Assembly (NCBI GenBank): GCA_951406725.2
Contig: OX597832.1
Location: 42,470,001-42,534,000 of the forward strand
Source of the DNA: Octopus vulgaris
Lineage: Eukaryota
Length of the DNA stretch: 64,000 bases
Direction of reading: 5' to 3'
The position numbers were made by a program, and so were the translations under genes. The notes beneath the pieces were generated by a model. The model made no database searches. It was not told where the DNA came from and saw only the letters and a list, made by a program, of their open reading frames with translations. The stretch's first letter is position 1. Each line of letters starts with the position of its first letter. Of this stretch, positions 26,480-40,733 are shown piece after piece.

Positions 26480-26919
26480 ATATATATATACCTGCATGAC
26501 CATGCACGGACGCATGCTCGCACGCCCATACACACATATACATGCATATCCATACAAGCACGCATGTATACAATATAGAGGGGAAATAGATAGATATATG
26601 TATACGGTTATGCAGATAGACACATAGAGACGGAGCGAACGAAGAACACGAGTAAAGGAAATGGATGGCCGGCATCTTAGGCTTAGAATCTCCATCGTCG
26701 TGGTTGGTCATGGTTGTGGTTATAACGCTTGTGATGGCGGCAGTACTTTTATAGGATTAGCAAATAAGACAATTTATTGGAACTGTGCCTCGGCCATTAA
26801 CTATGTTTCTAGAGTTGGAATTTATTAATCCAACCATTGGAATGGTCATCTATACTGGGGGATTGTCCTGCCAATCCAATCTCAAGACATTCTGCCTCAA
26901 CATCCAAAAATCATCGTCG

Positions 26920-27520
26920 TGGTCGTCATCATCGTCACCTTCTTCTTCTTCTTCTTCTTCTTCTTCTTCTTCTTCTTCTTCTTCTTCTTCTTCTTCTTCT
27001 TTTCATCATCACCATCATCATCATCAACATCATCCCCATCACCCCACCCCTCCTCTTCTTCATCACCTTCGTCTTCATCTTCTTTTTCTTCTTTTCATCA
27101 TCACATCATCATCATCATCATCATCATCACCACCATCATCACCATCACCACCACCACCACCACTACCACCACCACCTACCACCACCACTACCACCACCAC
27201 TACCACCACCACCACCACCACCACCTCCACCACCACCACCACCACCACCACCACCACCTCCACCACCACCTCCTCCTCCTCCTCCTCCTCCTCCTTCTCC
27301 TCCTCACCATCATCATCATCATCACTTCTTCTCATTTATTGTTATTATTATTAACAATATCTATTATTATTCTAAGTTATTAGTAATGTTGTTGTTATTG
27401 TTAAGACGACAGTTGTTGCCGCTATTTCTGTTGTTGTTGTCGTTCTTCTTCTTCTTCTTCTTCTTCTTCTTCTTCTTCTTCTTCTTCTTCTTCTTCTTCT
27501 TCTTCTTCTCCTTCTTCTTC
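26920..27520. repeat. Compound (CTT)/(CAT)/(CAC) triplet repeats
   Basis: Directly visible. Confidence 0.9.
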
Positions 27521-28081
27521 TTGAAACCCTAGTTTATTATTCTAGAAAATATTATTATTGCTACTATTATTGCCGTCGTGATTGTTGTTATGGATGTGGT
27601 TGTTGGAGTCGTCGTCGTCGTCGCCGCCGTCGTGGTAGCTGTTTTTGCTGTTGTATGTTGCGCTCAGCGAATAAAGTAATTTTTAACCGGATAACCTGGC
27701 GGAGAAATCGTTTTCTTTTGTTAAAGTTTTACGAACAGAAAGCTTTAGGATTCCACCCCATTATCTGGGGGTAAAAGCAACGTTTGTCTTTGTACACTTT
27801 AAGCTGTTTATACATTTTGAACCAGTAGCCATTTGTAAGATTTAAGCGCATTGCAAAATGGCCGCCACGGATGTAGCGGTCGTTGTATTCGTCCTTGCAG
27901 TAACTTGAAGTCATTCTAAAATCTTCTCCTACAAATTATTGTCAAATGAAAGAAAAGCAAAAATATGCTATGAAAACATCAGATATAGAATGAAATTCGA
28001 GCATAAACCGTAATACTTGTATTATTATTGAAGTCAACCTGCCTCTGTCTCACAAACACACAAAAAGTAGCGTTGAAGATA

Positions 28082-28292
28082 TTGGTTTCAAATTTTGGCA
28101 CAAGGCCAGCAATTTCGTGGAGGGGATAAATCAATTACATCGACCCCAGTGCTTAATTGGTTCTTATTTGATCAATCCCGAAAGGATGAAAGCAAAGTCG
28201 ACGTCGGTGGCATTAGAACTCAGAACATAAAGGTGGACGAAATGCCGCAAAACATTTTGCTCTGCGCGATAATGGTTCTGCCAACTCGCCGT
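28082..28292 (-). mobile_element. Older SINE C variant
   Basis: TCGACCCCAGTG...CCCGAAAGGATGAAAG.AAAGTCGAC...GAACTCAGAAC...CTGCCAACTCGCCG; tail TTTTGGCACAAGGCCAGCA shared with 55460-55670. Confidence 0.8.
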
Positions 28293-28523
28293 CCAATAGT
28301 GTTGAAAAAAAATTAATTACAGAGGAAAAAATAGCAGTTTCAATGGGATCATTCCAGTTTTTGCAAATAGTGTGGCTCAAATGGAAAGATTAGATTCGAT
28401 TCAACCAATTCAAAGAAAATGGGTAAGAGTGGACGAAATATGTCACAAAATACAGCACTCCTTAACCAATTTATTCTTGCAGGAAAGGTGACGATATTTT
28501 GATTGTCTATGAAATGGATGCAA

Positions 28524-28826
28524 TTAGTTAGTTAGTTAATTTTTGGCTCAAAAAGCAAAAAGCAAGGCCATGTAGGGGGACATGGAGTTATGTACAGGGT
28601 GGTGTTCATGTAAAGAGTTCAGGCCACTTGTGGTCAAGGGAGACTTTGAACCGAGCGGTCGTCGGCATCTTCACCATCTCGTCTGGCAGCTTATTCCCTT
28701 ATTCCACGGATCTGCAACCCGGACGGAGAAAGCCCCTCTCCTTCGATTGAGATGAAATCGTCGCAGATAGAGCTTTTCGGAGTGACCCCGCAGCCGACGC
28801 TCTGGAGCAGGAGTGAAGAACAGCTC
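28524..28826 (-). mobile_element. CR1-like LINE 3' end, 5'-truncated
   Basis: Minus strand: FFTPAPERRLRGHSEKLYLRRFHLNRRRGAFSVRVADPWNK..LPDEMVKMPTTARFKVSLD; 3' UTR ends in (TAAC)n; second copy at 56136-56412. Confidence 0.85.
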
Positions 28827-29853
28827 ATTCGAGAGGTTACACTTTCCGCTTATGATGTTGTGAGTGAGAATGAGATCACAACGGCAGCGGCGTTTTTTCT
28901 AGAGAATAGATATGGTAGAGCAGTGATTCCCAACGCGGGGCATATGCGCCACCGGTGGGGACCTAGGGAAATTGTGATGGGACTTGGGTTCCAAAATATT
29001 TTTTTCTATTTTTTTCTTCCAGTGGGAACTGAAATTATAAAAAGCTTTTTTTTCCACAGCCAACGTACCACACGTATACTCAGCCGAACCAATTCCTCCA
29101 GCCAAGCATACTGTGTGAAGACTGTTTGCCACAGTATGGCACTATTTTACCTGGGGCTAAACAACAACAACAACAACAACAGCAACAGTAGCATCATTGC
29201 TATCCATCATTGTTGCCATTCTTCAACAAATTCAAAAACATCACACACACGCATACACATACACACACACACATACACACACACATACAATTTATACGCG
29301 TACATACAAACACATACACCAATACTTGTATAATGCCCACCCCACCCATATAATATATATATATGTATATATGTATATATGTGTGTGCATGTGTGTGTGT
29401 GTGCATGTGTGTGTGTGTGCGTGTGTGTGTGTGTGTGTGCAGTTCCTTATTCCTATGAATAATAACAACAATAATTGCAACGAGAATAACCAGAATTACA
29501 ATAAGAATAACAACAACAACAATAACAACAAAACAACAACTCCATTTACATCCGTATCAGTGGTACGAACTAAAATGATATCAACAAAAAATAAAATAAA
29601 ACAAAATAAAATGAAATGAAAAAGAATAGAATAGAATAAAACAAAATAAAATAAAAATCAACGCCCTCTCTTCACACCCACCATCAACATGTCACCACTG
29701 CAAATAACATCGACTCTAACATCAACATCAACACCATCACCATCACCATCACAAAAAAGACGCGTCCTCTTCACTCGCCACGCCCTCCCACTACACTTCT
29801 TCTTCTCCTCCTCCTCCCCCTCCTCCTTCTTCTTCTTCTTCTTCTTCTTCTTC

Positions 29854-29885
<32 letters not shown>

Positions 29886-30163
29886 CTTCCTCCTCCTCCT
29901 CCTCCTCCTCCTCTTCATCGTAAGCATCATAAACGTCACCGTTCCCGTGGTCATGAAAGGCAGCAAAAGCAGCACTAACAACAAAAATGCATCATCATCA
30001 TCATCATCACCGCCACTGCCACCACCACCACCACCACCACCACCACCACCATCATCATCATCGCCGTCGTCGTCATGGTCGTCATGGTCGTCGTCGTCGT
30101 CATCATCATCAGCACCAAGATTGTTATGATGAACACTAACAATAAGAACAAAAGTAACAGACG

Positions 30164-30228
<65 letters not shown>

Positions 30229-31023
30229 GCTACTACTACTACTACTGCTACTACTACTACTGCTGCTGCTGCTAGAAATTCTCTATTATAATCTGTTAAT
30301 ATAATAAATGTATGTGATGAAAGAATTGAAAATTTCTAACATTCTTGGTATTCTTCTCCCCGGAGAAAACATACACACGCACATACATACATACATACAT
30401 ACATACATACATACATACATACATACATACATACATACATACATACATACATGCATGCATACATACATACATACATACATATAAACATACATACATACAT
30501 ACATATAAACATACATACATATATACATACATACATACATACATACATACATACATACATACATACATACATACATACATACATACACACATACATACAC
30601 ACATACATACATACATATATATACATAAATAATTACCTACATATAAACATACATACATACACAAACACACATGCATACATACATATAAACATACATACTT
30701 ATAAATGTATATATAAACACACATCCGTATATACAAATACACACATTAATAATTACATATATGCATACACACACATGAACGTATACATATATGTACACAC
30801 ATGCATATATATTCACATAAGTATATGTGTATATATGCATCATACACACACACGCATAAATATATACACATACTTATATATATATATACGCGCATATGTA
30901 TGTATATACGTACATATACATGGATACACACGAACACATACGCCCTCATAGAAACTGACAGATGTACAGATATGATTGCAAGTGTGTTATGTCTACTCGG
31001 TGAAAATACGAAGACTGTAACTA

Positions 31024-31475
31024 CAGTAAATCCTCGAGTATAGTCTGCCCTTGAGTATAATACGCAGGGAATTTTTAGGGGGCTGTACCTCTTAAAAACC
31101 TAAACCTTGTGTATAATACGCACTTCTCTAACTTGAGTCATGCGTAATTAAGCCAGCAGCACCTAGTCGAACAAAGACGTCCGTGCATGCGTAATACAAT
31201 AATCATGATGTTCTTAACTGTTATATGGGAATGTAAATATGTTTGCAAATTGTTTTTGTTACATGTTATTCTGTGTTCTGTACTTTTATTTTAATAAATG
31301 TTGCTTACTGCAAGTTATGGATGATTCTTTTATGAATTCATTGCTTTCAGGCTTAGCTTGAGATATTTTCGCGCCCGATGTCACAAAATGCGTCCGAATA
31401 AACATTGCCGGACAGCAAATAGAGACTCGGACATTGCTTAGAAAATATTTTTCATTTTTAACCTCGTATATAGTA
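31024..31475 (+). mobile_element. Possible pogo/Tigger-like DNA element fragment
   Basis: TA followed by CAGTAAATCCTCGAGTATA, with repeated GTATAATACGCA subterminal motifs; no matching right TIR seen. Confidence 0.4.
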
Positions 31476-31651
31476 CGTACTAGCGACGAGTAGGTTTTTT
31501 GTTAAGACTTTTGTTGTTTTTTTCCATCGAAGAAAAAAGTGTTTTGTTGCTATACGGGCAATACACACACACACACACATACGAACATGTATACGTACAA
31601 AAAAAACATGTATGCAATTGGTGTACGTACGTACGTGTGTATGTGTGTTGC

Positions 31652-31716
<65 letters not shown>

Positions 31717-32049
31717 GTCCATAAATTACAGACCACTAAATATATCCTCAATGGTTGTTATATTTTTTTGATAGCATAATAGGTTATATAGAATGATGTC
31801 TATGTTACAATAACCAATAATATGTCGTGCATGTATAGGATTATTACGATCATGAAATTACCATTAGCTTATCTCACTCTTTCTCGCGGAACTGCGTGAG
31901 GGCCCACTACCCAGCAACAGAAAAGCGAGAGAAGGCGGTGAATTGGTGAAGACTGCAGTTGAAGCAGTAACAACAGTAAAGCTCCTGGGGTGCAAATGGC
32001 AACAACAACAACAACAGCAACAACGATAATATTGTTATTATTCATGAAA

Positions 32050-32248
32050 ATAAGCACTCCGGATAGAATGCTTAGTGATATTTCTTCCGGCTCTTTACAT
32101 TCTGAATCCAAATGCCAGCGAAGTCGAATTTGCCTTTCATCCTTTCGGTGAGGGTCAATAAAATAAGTACCAGTCAAGTATTGGGATCAATTTAATCGAC
32201 TTGTGCTTCTCCTCAAAACTGCTGGCCTCGTGCCAAAATTGGAAACAG
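32050..32248 (+). mobile_element. Older SINE C variant
   Basis: TTGCCTTTCATCCTTTCGG...AAATAAGTACCAGT...GCTGGCCTCGTGCCAAAATT. Confidence 0.75.
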
Positions 32249-32425
32249 TTATTATGTTAGGAAAGCACTTGCAGCAGCAGTAGTTGTTGTTGTTATTAGT
32301 GTTGAAATCTAGATCGCTGCAGGAAAGATATATATTTACATGTAAGGAAAGCCTGTCAATGACGTCCAACCCAAACTACAACTAAATATAGCATGTCCCC
32401 TGCATACCAGACTTAACAGTAACTA

Positions 32426-33075
<650 letters not shown>

Positions 33076-33560
33076 AAGCGCTTAACCATTTAATTTCTAT
33101 GTTATAGAAATAGAATTACTGTTGCACAGAGCCTCGCCTATAGAGTTTATAATCCCAAAGAAAGAGAAACGGAATCGAATTTCTGTGTCTTGAATATCTT
33201 ATTCTGTAACTTTTGGGGTTTGATTTCGGCTTTAGACACCCACGATATTCCGCTGGGTCAAATTCGAGAAAGCCGAGAGGACGTCTATGTCTGCTCGTGC
33301 CGAGGTAGTAAAACATTTAGAGAAAGAACGATACGGTCTAAGAAGTCATACTCGTCTTCGAGTGACGGATTATGGTTTGTAATACACACACACACACACG
33401 CACACACACACAAACACACACACACACACACACACACAGACACACACGCACTCACACACACACACACACACACATATGCGTTTCTATATATAGGTTTGGG
33501 GATGCAAGGAGGAAAAATAGGACTCAGAACATAAGTACACACACACACACACACACACAA

Positions 33561-33629
<69 letters not shown>

Positions 33630-33819
33630 ATTATTGTTATTAATAGTTAGCAGAAACAACAACAGAGGGATTCAAGGGGAGAGTTTCGTGCGTCGAGACT
33701 TATCAAAATTATCAGATACCAAAGTTTTATAAATGTCAACGCACGAAACTATTGGCCTTGGAGTCACTCTGTTGTTTTTGCTAAATATCAGCAAATGAAT
33801 AAATAAAAATTATTATATG

Positions 33820-33858
<39 letters not shown>

Positions 33859-33987
33859 ACATATGTGTGTATATATAGGTATAGATATGTATTTATATAC
33901 ATACATATATGTACATAAAGATATATATATATGTGTTTGTGTGTATGTGTGTGTATGTATATACATACATATTTAAATACATGTGTG

Positions 33988-34038
<51 letters not shown>

Positions 34039-34414
34039 TCTGTACGTACATTTACGTGTCTGCGTATTTATTCTGGTTTAAAAAATATAAATATATTTAT
34101 ATATATACGTATTAATCTCTGGGCGGGGTTCTTCACATTAAAGGCATGTTATATTATATGCATGCTACTATATGTATTTAAATGCTTTCCTCAATTATCA
34201 TATACTATATTTCATTGGCTCTGGGGATGCTGTAAGATGGCTCTAAGTAAAAAGCTTCATATAATAGAAACGACTGTAAGCTAATGGAAGTGATTAGTTA
34301 AGCCCTGATCATTTGTTATTCATTAATTGATATACATATATAAAACATTGTAAATGAATTCAAGGGTACGTAGCGTTCTATTAATATCAAGAGTACAATT
34401 TTTTTGATATAGAC

Positions 34415-34578
34415 ACGTATGGATCAAACCCTTTTATTCAAATTCCTTGGTACTTTAAGTTTCAAGCGTGATGCTAGTGTTGAGTCATTAGAATTCTAAT
34501 TCTAACGGCTGAAGACTAGCATCACGCTTGAAATTTAAAGTACCAAGGAATTTGAATCAAGCTGTTTGATCCATACAT
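34415..34578. repeat. Imperfect palindrome (about 60-bp core arms plus outer TATGGATCAAAC/GTTTGATCCATA)
   Basis: ATTCAAATTCCTTGGTACTTTAAGTTTCAAGCGTGATGCTAGT pairs with ACTAGCATCACGCTTGAAATTTAAAGTACCAAGGAATTTGAAT. Confidence 0.9.
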
Positions 34579-34633
34579 GTAACTCCTTATAAATATGTTC
34601 AATGCCTTTCTTTCGTTTGTCTGCTCACCCGTG

Positions 34634-34710
<77 letters not shown>

Positions 34711-34724
34711 GTATGTATATGTAA

Positions 34725-34831
34725 ATGGGACGCAAAACATCCAGACAGACGATACAAAGAAAACAAGGACGGGTCATTCGGAGTTTTCTTTCCTCAGTCG
34801 AGTTCCAGATTATCTTTGCAATTTCGGCTGA
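34725..34831 (-). repeat. Dispersed repeat family D
   Basis: Near-identical to 37815-37939. Confidence 0.85.
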
Positions 34832-35068
34832 AGCAAGATTTAGGTTAGTTAAAATATGTTTGTGACATATTTCAGCTGCTAAAAGGTAAATTTCCTGCAC
34901 TTGTCATAGAGAAGATATCTCTCTTATGGTAAAAGGTTATGAAGACCTTTTTTTTTCAGTGACGCCATGTATCGAGAATCCCAGACATCGATGATTCAAT
35001 TATTCAATGGCCTTTTATTCCCATGCTGGCCACCTGATAAGATCGGCATTTAAATATCGATATATCCT

Positions 35069-35130
<62 letters not shown>

Positions 35131-35134
<4 letters not shown>

Positions 35135-35442
35135 CGTGATCACCGTGACCGACCAGGCTATCAGATGTTGCTACACATCGCTGGTCACAATGCGCTTCGC
35201 ATTGTTTTAGCCTTCAAATGACGCCACCCCGCTGGCTAAGCGAGCAGGCCAACAGAAGAAAGAGTGAGAGAAAGTTGCGGCGAAAGAGTACAGCAGGGAT
35301 CCCCACCACCCACTGCCGGAGCATCGTGGAGCTTTAGGTGTTTTCGCTCAATAAACACTCACAACGCCCGGTCTGGGAATAGAAACCGCGATCCTACAAT
35401 CGCGAGTCCGCTACCCTAACCACTTGGCCATTGTGCCTCCAC
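35131..35442 (-). mobile_element. SINE head A, tail T1
   Basis: Reverse complement of 9332-9644; lies in a TA tract next to a SINE B half. Confidence 0.93.
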
Positions 35443-35461
35443 ATATATATATATGTATATA

Positions 35462-35622
35462 TGCGACAGGCTTCTTTCAGTTTCCGTCTACCAAATCCAC
35501 TCACAAGGCTTTGGTCGACCTGAAGTAATAGTAGAAACACTTGCCCAAGGTGCCACGCAGTGAGACAGAATCCCGAACTATGGTTTGGAAGCATATTTTG
35601 TACCACACTATCACGCCTGCAC
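35462..35622 (-). mobile_element. SINE B 5' half
   Basis: Matches the family B head. Confidence 0.88.
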
Positions 35623-36332
35623 CTATATATATATAATCTAATTACTTCTTAGAAAAAACAGAAAATAAGAAAAAGAAAGACGTTTAATTAAAACGCAAGA
35701 AGGGAATGGTGTTGGTCGCGGTGACAGAAGGGGCACCAGCGTATAATTAAAAGGCTCGACAAGAGTATATTACGACTAATTATATTATTGTCTCTGGAGA
35801 CAATCTGATTATGAAGGGCATAATCAGATTTTCAGTCGAAATTCTACAGGGACGTAACTAAACTCCTCTTAGCATTCATTCATTTATTCTGACTCTGTAC
35901 CACTTCCAACACACCCAACAAACGCATAGAGGTCCACGTCTGGGTGTATACATACATGCAAAACACAGCGTATACGTGTATGTGTGTGTATATGCACAAC
36001 ACACACACACTCTGTTATTTATGCATATAAACGGCGCATGTAAGAAATTATATAGAGAGACAGATTCTCCTTTGAATGCATCACTACTCACACAGCTATT
36101 CATACATATATATACATACATGCAGGCATGCTTATATAATGCGTACATGGCCTGTAATACATGATACATAAATACATACAAAACCTCAGATTTTGTGGGA
36201 GGGGGCTTGTCGATTATGTATTGCTTCCACCTCACACCATGACTTCACTGGTACTTATTTATTGACGCTGAAAGAGTTGAAAGGTGCCTTTAACTTAAGT
36301 ACCATATTCATCTGAATCTAAATTTTAATGAA

Positions 36333-36371
<39 letters not shown>

Positions 36372-36772
36372 TTACGATTACCCAGAAGGCGCGCATGGCA
36401 GAATTTTGGAGGGAAAATTTACGTTCCCAGTCGTTACTTGGTTTTAACATCTGCGCACTTCCCCCCCACTATCTGATGTCACTGGGTCAGAAGTGAGGGC
36501 TAGTGGCATTTGGTAAAGCTATCGAATATAGCGTTGATGACGGAATTCAAACTACTTTTTCTATGTTTGTGATCCAGAAACACGGTGTTCGCTATTAACG
36601 GTAAGTGATTGCTTTCGTATATTTGCCACTCCGGTTTTGTGTATGTGAGCCGTAAGGGCCTTCGTTTTTGGAATCTCCACTTATAGAAAATGGAAAAAAC
36701 GGTCTTTGACTGCCATTTCTAATTCCTTCGGTATGAGGCGAAACAGCCTGCTGCTAGCCACCTTATTTTATT

Positions 36773-36814
<42 letters not shown>

Positions 36815-36874
36815 GTACATATGTACATATATTTTATTTATTACACTATATATATATGTATATATATATATAAC

Positions 36875-37150
36875 GAGAAGCTTTATGAAAATAGACAAAA
36901 GACGAAGGCAGGTTTACGGAAATAAACAAAAGACGAAGGCAGGTGGAATACAAACAAACAATTGTATTAGTATGGCGCTCAGGAAATATAAATAAAACAA
37001 GTCTTTAACGTTTCGAGCCTTCGCTCTTCAACAGAAAGATACACAGAGAAAAAACACAGAAAGAAGGAGAGAAAAAAAATATGCGTGCAGAGGCTAGCGA
37101 ATCAACATGGCGATCTGATTTCGGCCAGAAGTCAAAGATCAAACGTGAGA
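36875..37150 (-). mobile_element. Penelope-like terminal repeat fragment carrying a hammerhead-like motif
   Basis: Homologous to 60760-60925 (TTCCTGAGCG..ATACTAATACA..CCACCTG.CTTCGTCTTTTG); Penelope assignment is inferred from the motif. Confidence 0.6.
37001..37039 (-). ncRNA. Variant minimal hammerhead-like motif (CUGUUGA core)
   Basis: UCUUU-CUGUUGA-AGAGC(gaag)GCUC-GAAA-CG-UU-AAAGA; perfect 5-bp stem I and 4-bp stem II. Confidence 0.58.
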
Positions 37151-37192
37151 CGCAAGAGCGAAATTAGGGGAGATAATAGGGTTATATGCACA

Positions 37193-37764
37193 CACCCATG
37201 CAGAAAATAAATATACACCTTTAATTTTCAAAATTTCTGATCTAAGCGTCTTGATATGTTTTCAGCGGTGAAGAATTTACAATGTAATTATTCTTTTTCA
37301 TTCCAGGTACCATTATATTAGACATTTGCGAAGAGCAACCATGCCATGCACAAAATATTCAGCAGGACTGCCAGATTTTCAAAGAGGTCGTATTGTTGGC
37401 GAATCTGAGGTTGGTCTTAGCCAGCAGAAAATTGCCGAAAATCTTTAAATTCCTCTTGCTATTGTTAATAGAATTATAGTGCAATTCAAAAGCCAAGGAA
37501 AAGAATCAACGAATTCTCGTCCCAGCCGACCTGGGCACTCGGAAAGAAAGCTTCGCTGTTTGAAAAGAATTGAGGAAAACGAACCCCGTTCGAAGGCTTC
37601 TGTCATTGCAAAACAGCTACAAATTAGTCCAAGAACGTGTGTTACATATCTGCATAAACTTGGGTATTATGGACGAGCAGCTAGAAGAAAACCTCTCCTT
37701 CAACCACTTAATATCAAATAAAAGATTTTGAAAATTATAGGTGTCTATTTACTTCCTGCATGTC

Positions 37765-37766
<2 letters not shown>
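37193..37766 (+). mobile_element. Internally deleted Tc1-family element
   Basis: Imperfect TIRs CACCCATGCAGAAAATAAATATACACCTTTAATTTTCAAAAT / ATTTTGAAAATTATAGGTGTCTATTTACTTCCTGCATGTCTG followed by TA. Confidence 0.88.
37341..37721 (+). pseudogene. Tc1 transposase N-terminal DNA-binding region
   Basis: MPCTKYSAGLPDFQRGRIVG..GLSQQKIAENL*..RPSRP..LHKLGYYGRAARRKPLL; in-frame stop at 37446; DDE domain absent. Confidence 0.88.
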
Positions 37767-37814
<48 letters not shown>

Positions 37815-37821
<7 letters not shown>

Positions 37822-37934
37822 CAAAATGGAACAAGAACGCAAGACATTCAGATAGACGATGCAAAGAAAACAAGGACGGGTCATTCGAAGTTTTCTTTCC
37901 TCAGTAGAGTACCAGATTATCGTCGCAATTTCGG

Positions 37935-37939
<5 letters not shown>
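37815..37939 (-). repeat. Dispersed repeat family D
   Basis: Near-identical to 34725-34831. Confidence 0.85.
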
Positions 37940-38024
<85 letters not shown>

Positions 38025-38355
38025 GTATGTATATATATATATGGATAGATAGATCGTTAAATAGATATTGATATAGATGTAGAGAAATACTTAAAATACG
38101 TTGTGTATGTGTGCGATGAGAGATAAAATTTTGACAAGTTGAAGGAGAATCATATTTCAAATCAGCTGTTGCTAAGCAATCGAAAACTGTTTGCGTTTGT
38201 TTATACAAGTTTATAAAGCCTAACCTAACAAATGTGTGTGGGACATCTTCTCATTTCTCCCTCGTATTATATTCCTTCCACCTCCCCCTCGTCTCCCTTT
38301 CTATCCCTATATATTTATATATATATAAATATATATTTATATATATAAACATATT

Positions 38356-38399
<44 letters not shown>

Positions 38400-38431
38400 C
38401 ACACAAGCATACAAATCTTCTACCAGTTTGT

Positions 38432-38547
<116 letters not shown>

Positions 38548-38651
38548 GTCTGTTAGTAAGCCTGCCTGCTTGCTTGTCTGTCTATCAATCTATCTGTCGG
38601 TCTATGTACATATTTAAATATGTATATATGAATATAAATGTATACACATGC

Positions 38652-38704
<53 letters not shown>

Positions 38705-39007
38705 GAGTGTGTGTGTATATGTGTGTGTGTGTGTATGTGTGTGTGTGTAAAGACAATTTACTTAGTAGTTAGTGTATTCTACTCACGGCCATAGTTTATA
38801 TATATATATATCACCAAATTTCTTGGGACGTTTACAGTTAATGGCATTAGTAATAAAGAAAGGAATAAAAAGCATTAGAGCAAAAGTTATAGCGCTTTGG
38901 ATGTAGTCCATTGTCGGACACTGGTGGAAGAAAGTTCAGGAAATATAGGGATGAGAAGGTAAAAAATGAAGGTGGATTAAGTTCACATATTTGATACATA
39001 TTTGATC

Positions 39008-39313
39008 GAGCTTACGATCGTGAGGTTGTGAGTTCGAATCCCGGACCGGGCTGCGTGTTGTGTTCTTGAGCAAGACACTTTATTTCACGTTGCTCCAGTT
39101 CAATCAGCTGTAGAAATGAGTTGCGACATCACAGGTACCAAGCTGTATCGGCCCCTTTGCCTTTCCCTTGGATAACATCAGTGGCATGGAGAGGGGAGGC
39201 TGGTATGTATGGGCGACTGCTGGCCCTTCCATAAACAACCTTGCCAGGACTTGTGTCTGGGAGGGTAACTTTCTAGGTGCAATCCCATGGTCAGTCATGA
39301 ACGAAGGGGTCTC
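39008..39313 (+). mobile_element. CORE-like SINE with a distinct tail (T4)
   Basis: B box GAGTTCGAATCC, CORE-like TGTGTTCTTGAGCAAGACACTTTATTTCACGTTGCTCCAG, then a tail not seen elsewhere in the window. Confidence 0.85.
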
Positions 39314-39626
39314 AGCTATCTATCTATCTATCTATCTATCATATTGACATTTCTGTGATAACGATCCCTATTGATCAATTTTTTTCCTCTCCCCCTTTTT
39401 TTTAACCCCCTTTTTTTGTCCTCTTTCTCTCCTTTTACGATCCCTTTTGATCGAAACTCCCCCTTCCTTTTTTTTTTTTTTTTTTTTTAAACCTTCAAAA
39501 GAAAAGCTCTACCTTGTAATTTGTTCTATCTGTGTGCAGCCCTGTGTGGCTAATAAAGAAACATATCTATCTATCTATCAATCTATCTACCTACCTACCT
39601 ACCTACCTACCTACCTACCTACCTAC

Positions 39627-39664
<38 letters not shown>

Positions 39665-39801
39665 CTCTCTCTCTCTCTCTACATATATATATGTATATAT
39701 ATATATATCCATATCTCTATATATATTATGTATATATATATATGTATATGTACATATATATATATATATATATATAAACACATACAAGACTCGTGTCTTC
39801 A

Positions 39802-39867
<66 letters not shown>

Positions 39868-40369
39868 TACATACATACTTATAGATATAGATGTGTGTAT
39901 GTATACGCACACAGAGGCAGACATACACATACATATTATGCATATATGTGTACCCACATATAGGAACACAACTAATCATAGAAGTAATATCTTCGCCAAA
40001 TTTGGAAAAAAAAAAAACCCTCCTCATTTTGGAATTCGCCAGTCACTTTCTCGAAAGTCCTTTTATCTTGTAACATTCCAGCATCCGTTTTTGAAATTCC
40101 AAACTGAAAAGAATGTTTGTGTTTTGTTACACTATCTGCCGCATTCCTATTCTGTATACCCGTTTTTCTGTATCTGGCAGCGCCTTTGGGCATCAAGAAA
40201 GATTCTTTCTCTAAACTTCAGTTGATTAATGAGGGATCCATAGCGCTTTTGTTGCACAGATTTAAACGTTTCCTTTGCATGTCTCATCTCTCGAGTATGA
40301 GATTGACTTGGTCGAGGTGAAGACACGTGGCTTAGTGGTTGAGGTATTCGGCTCACGGTTTTAAGGTTC

Positions 40370-40733
40370 AAGGCGGCGAGCTGGAAAAGGCGGCTAGCTG
40401 GCAGAAACGTTAGTATTTATTTAATCGACCCCGAAAGGATGAAAGGCAAAGTCGACCTTGGCGGAATTTGAACTCAGAACGTAGCGGCAGACGAAATACC
40501 TATTTCTTTACTACCCACAAGGGGCTAAACGCAGAGGGGAGAAACGAGGACAGACAAACGGATTAAGTCGATTAAATCGACCCCAGTGCGTAACTGGTAC
40601 TTATTTAATCGATCCCGAAAGGATGAAAGGCAAAGTCGACTTCGACGGAATTTGAACTCAGAACGTAACGGCAGACGAAATACCGCTGAGCATTTCGCCC
40701 GGCGTGCTAACGATTCTGCCAGCTCGCCGCCTT
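40370..40733 (-). mobile_element. SINE C about 1.5-mer (minus) preceded by forward head fragments
   Basis: Starts AAGGCGGCGAGCTGG and ends CCAGCTCGCCGCCTT; junction CGAAATAC|CTATTTC near 40499. Confidence 0.88.

Noticed and set aside
28920-28990. hAT-like left end CAGTGATTCCCAAC
   Set aside because: No matching right TIR or TSD found.
38810-39000. Possible old LINE 3' coding remnant (minus)
   Set aside because: Too degenerate to assign by eye.
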